Positions 60,483-64,000 of a DNA stretch of 64,000 nt are shown here, piece after piece; the stretch's first letter is position 1; every line of letters starts with the position of its first letter. Location of the stretch: contig NC_079238.1 of NCBI RefSeq assembly GCF_027921745.1, positions 2,852,001 through 2,916,000 of the forward strand, written 5' to 3'. Both the position numbers and the translations under genes were made by a program. The notes below the pieces were generated by a model. That model saw only the letters and a list, made by a program, of their open reading frames with translations. It was not told where the DNA came from and did not search any database. Source of the DNA: Schizosaccharomyces osmophilus. Its lineage: Eukaryota.

Positions 60483-61281
60483 GTTGTCTATGGATTTGCT
60501 CTTGACTTAATTTTTCTAAGAAGGACGTAGAGTTACGAGATTTGTTACGAAGTTAATATCAGTTTTTTCCAAAAAGAAAAGAAAAAGCTTTTACGATAGC
60601 AGCTCATGAAAGTAATTATTTGGACGCTGTACGATGCTACTGTATAATTGTAGTTCCTGTGTATCCGTGATATGGGGTTTGTTTGAAAGGCCTTATTATT
60701 ATAGAGTTTATCTTGTGATTATCTTTTAGTCAAAAATACCTCGTGTCGTGGTGTATACTAAATGGATCAGTTATCGAATAGCTATTTATTGCTCAAGGAC
60801 GATTTTTCAAAATGAAGTTGTGATAAAGAAGAGCTTCTATTCGACAATGGATGTGTATTAATGGGAATCGACGTACTGGACATAGGAAGTAGACAGAACT
60901 AAATGGATTGTTCCTTAGTTTTGTAGCAAGGGAGTAGATTACAATTTACAGATTGTTTCATCTATTCGCCTTTGACGATTATTCTAAATAAATGAAAATA
61001 GATAAAAACTACTGAAGTTTTCCAAACAAGATCATTTGTTTACCGACCTAGACTTTTGTAGCATATTATATTAAAGAGGATATCCATACATAATAGTCAC
61101 GAATACATTAAATCTCCCGGTTACACAACCAACCTTCGCCGTATATGACTCTAATGAACTAAAAATATATATAATTATTAAGAATAGTTATCGCCAATTT
61201 GTTTGTTTTTTGGTAACAAAGAATTTTATTTATTAAGTTGCTGATTTACTGCGAGAGATCTTACAACTGTCGGTGTGCTCC

Positions 61282-62917
61282 ATGGGATCGATTTCGATTA
61301 AAGGCCTTGAAGGGTTTGATTTTAAGTCATGGGGAAAAAAAGATCGAGATATTTATAAAGAATTGCATATTTATGATTTTGACAATGTATGGAGGCGCGG
61401 AGCTGACTCGAGTAGAAAGCTGACTTTACGTTTTAGACATTGTTTCAAACTCCCTTGCCAAATGCCAACATATGGAGTAATCAAGCAATTCGTGTCTTGA
61501 TGGCATTTAACAGTATGTGTTCATGTAAATTACTAGATGGTTGAGAGAACAACGGTGAAAAAATCAAACTTGTAATATTCCGACAAGAGGTTGATCTCTT
61601 GAAATTTGAGGCAGGTGTCTTGGCATTTTTTCCCCTTTTGTCAATTGGTACTCTTTGCTTTTTTTACAGCTTTATTACAATCGCTTTCCCTTAACTTTCG
61701 AATTTTCATCGCAAGTTCGCAACTAACAACTCTTTAGTTCTCGCAAACGGAGGATGGTTTTTTGATCCCCGAGTATTAGCTTCCACGGGTGAAGGTGTTG
61801 AAGTAGAAGAAAAACGTGCTTGGGATGGATGGTGGAATGAAAAAGTGTACGTGAATACTTTTCTTCCTTTTTAGTGTTCTGCTAATTGCTTAGTGTTGCC
61901 CAAGCTAGAGAATCTATTCGACGGCAGGATGTTTTGGCCGTCTTGCTTACTGGCCGAAATGAACAATTTAGGGAGTGTACCGAGAGAATGGTAAAAAGCA
62001 AAGGATTATATTTTGATGGACTTGTATTTAAGATTCAGGCTACAACCGGTTATTGGCCTGAGACACTGACTTTTAAACTGTGGTTTTTTGAAAAAGTATT
62101 TCATGAGTTCCCAAATGTTCATACACTTCGGGTTTACGAAGATCGTCCTTCTCATGTAGAATATTTTTCCAGCTGGCTAGCTCATCAAGCAGATAAAGAT
62201 GAAAAGTTCAATTTTGAAATCATCGCAGTCACCGAACCTCCCAAGTATCTCAAGTTTTCTACTGAGATAAAATTGGTGAAAAGCATGATAGCTTCTCACA
62301 ATGCGAAGGCTCCTTCTCTTAAGCTTCCGTTGTATAAGTTTGTGAAAAATGTTACATCGTCTACCATTATCGTGTCTCCAACTGAGCTGCATCATCTTCG
62401 AAACGCGTTTTTTCATGTTCCCATTACAGACATCATGCAAAGTCTCTCCGCTAATTCCAGAAGAACTTCTGTTGATAATGAACCTCGTATTGCCGAACCC
62501 GACTTGCCTCCAGATACTCCATACAGTTCTTATCCTGAAAAAAGCTGGATCGTAACTGCAATAGGCCGTTATCGCGACGAGTATTGGGCAGTACGTGGGG
62601 AAGTATGTGATTATCGTTTAAAGGATAAAATTCATGAACCAGACACTGCCAATATTCCCTCACTTTACGGTACGATCATGTATATTTCCATGTCTACAGG
62701 CATAGTAACATCCGAAATTACTGATATTGGTGCTCAACAATGGAGGGTCCTTGATCCCAGCGAACGATGGTTGATGAAAACTTATAATAGACGAGAATGT
62801 ACACATGATATCCGTTACAAGCGGCCCTATACACCGGCTCGCAACTTTACAGATCTAGTGGATTTGGAAACCCAGCGTGCTTCCCCGTTTACTGGCACTA
62901 TGCATAAGCCACTATAA
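61282..62917 (+). CDS. Fungal HAD-superfamily protein (Swiss-Army-Knife RNA-repair-like HAD type)
   Basis: Exons 61282-61386, 61437-61512, 61738-61846, 61894-62917. HAD motifs HIYDFDNTLF (spans intron 1), LLTGR, FK, VYEDR. Confidence 0.82.
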
Positions 62918-63386
62918 ATTGACAGTATATATGATTATTTTTAATTTATTATTATCCGATTATGACTCTCGGTTCTCAATTAGCCCATCCTTTAAGTTCG
63001 TTTGGGAGCGTTCTTAACTTAGTTTATGAAATGAGAAGGTTTTTTTTTTTCTTTTCTAAAAAAATTCTCTCATAGATGCGAAGTTTTCATACAATTTATC
63101 TATGTTTACTCTTTACTAAAGTTAGTTGTTCTTCGTTTTGTCAATTGTAAAGAAAAGCGTAAGCATATAATGAACATTGATCTATGATTTCATTAAGTTT
63201 TGTTAATAAAACAATTTAAAAAACACCGAGTTATGAATAAAGAAAAAAGTGTTAAAAAAAAGAAAATATTTGAGTCATATCCAAAAGTATAATCGTCAAC
63301 CAACAGAAAAGCAGAGAACATAAAAGTCATAAAAAGTCTATAAGGATTAATTCAAAAGTTTTAGAATTTAATGGTACAAAAGTCGT

Positions 63387-63979
63387 TTAAATGTTGAAAG
63401 TTTGTGCAGTTTCCTCTAGTAATTTTAGCTTGTTTCTTTCAATTGTCCATAAACCAAGGTGCAAAACAGAAAACAAAAAGAAGAAACTGCTGGATATCCA
63501 ACCAAATACGACACTAGGTATGCCGACTTTAGATACGGCCTGGTGAGTTAAGTTCAAGCCAACACTGTAAGAGTTTACAGATATATTTGCTAAACCCATT
63601 TGAAGAGCCAGCAATAAACAAGCAGATGCGCTGGTAAAGAGGCAGCAAATGGACCATTGTCGAATATTGGAGGGAAACACGTACTTCAATATAGTAAGCA
63701 CAATCGAAACGGTTCCAACAAAAACAACCATTCCTAGCAGCACGGGATGTACTTGCTGCCATGTAAAGCGCGCGGCATTGTAGGCCATACCGTTTGAAGG
63801 ACTCCAATGACGAAGTTCATGGCAAACGTTTTCCGTAGAATTGAAAGATTTATTGCAAACGCCAAAAAAGCCAACATCCACGGTGGACTTGGGAGATTGA
63901 ATTTGTAGAATTCTAGAGAAAGTAGCTGGTTTAGAAAGGCAACCACAGCAGAGGAATATGAGAAAAAGCCACGCGATCC
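63387..63979 (-). CDS. dni2: Claudin-like tetraspan (Fig1/Dni family), 3' exon; 5' part outside window
   Basis: Acceptor TTTAG ending at 63980, then an open frame with GFFGVC..C and several TM segments. The name is from recalled synteny. Confidence 0.7.
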
Positions 63980-64000
63980 CTAAAATTATATTGGATATTA

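Noticed and set aside
63780..63795. GGCCATACC resembling the 5S rRNA 5' end
   Set aside because: Lies within the dni2 CDS and the match does not extend.

Overview
Gene-dense fungal chromosome segment, almost certainly from a fission yeast other than S. pombe (probably the S. octosporus/cryophilus group; the species cannot be fixed from sequence alone). Evidence: short GT-AG introns with CTRAY branch sites, and proteins in the gene order I recall for S. pombe chromosome II cosmids SPBC651-SPBC725-SPBC4. That order is rpc1, csa1-like, mug166-like, dot2, an orphan, gyp10, nit1, nog1, rrn11, res1, ura5, arg6, psf2, nbl1, php2, TspO, hob3, pir2, pex5, ppk31, NPP, HACL/OXC, PNPOx-like, mpr1, maa1, rpt2, acid phosphatase, mlo2, mcm2, sfb3, HAD protein, dni2. 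I found no tRNA, rRNA, CRISPR array or intact transposon. Exon structures were rebuilt by hand. Four observations stand out. (1) The TspO gene appears to have a 337-nt intron whose branch site, acceptor and whole last exon lie antisense inside the php2 CDS. (2) A 4-exon 'orphan' next to rpc1 reads like a highly diverged COP9 signalosome subunit Csn6. (3) A full-length, multiply disrupted bacterial-type ElaA GNAT pseudogene lies in an intergenic gap. (4) A 3xKH FUBP/PSI-like RNA-binding gene sits between maa1 and rpt2, where I recall no S. pombe gene. Ortholog names come from memory of S. pombe proteins, not from database searches.
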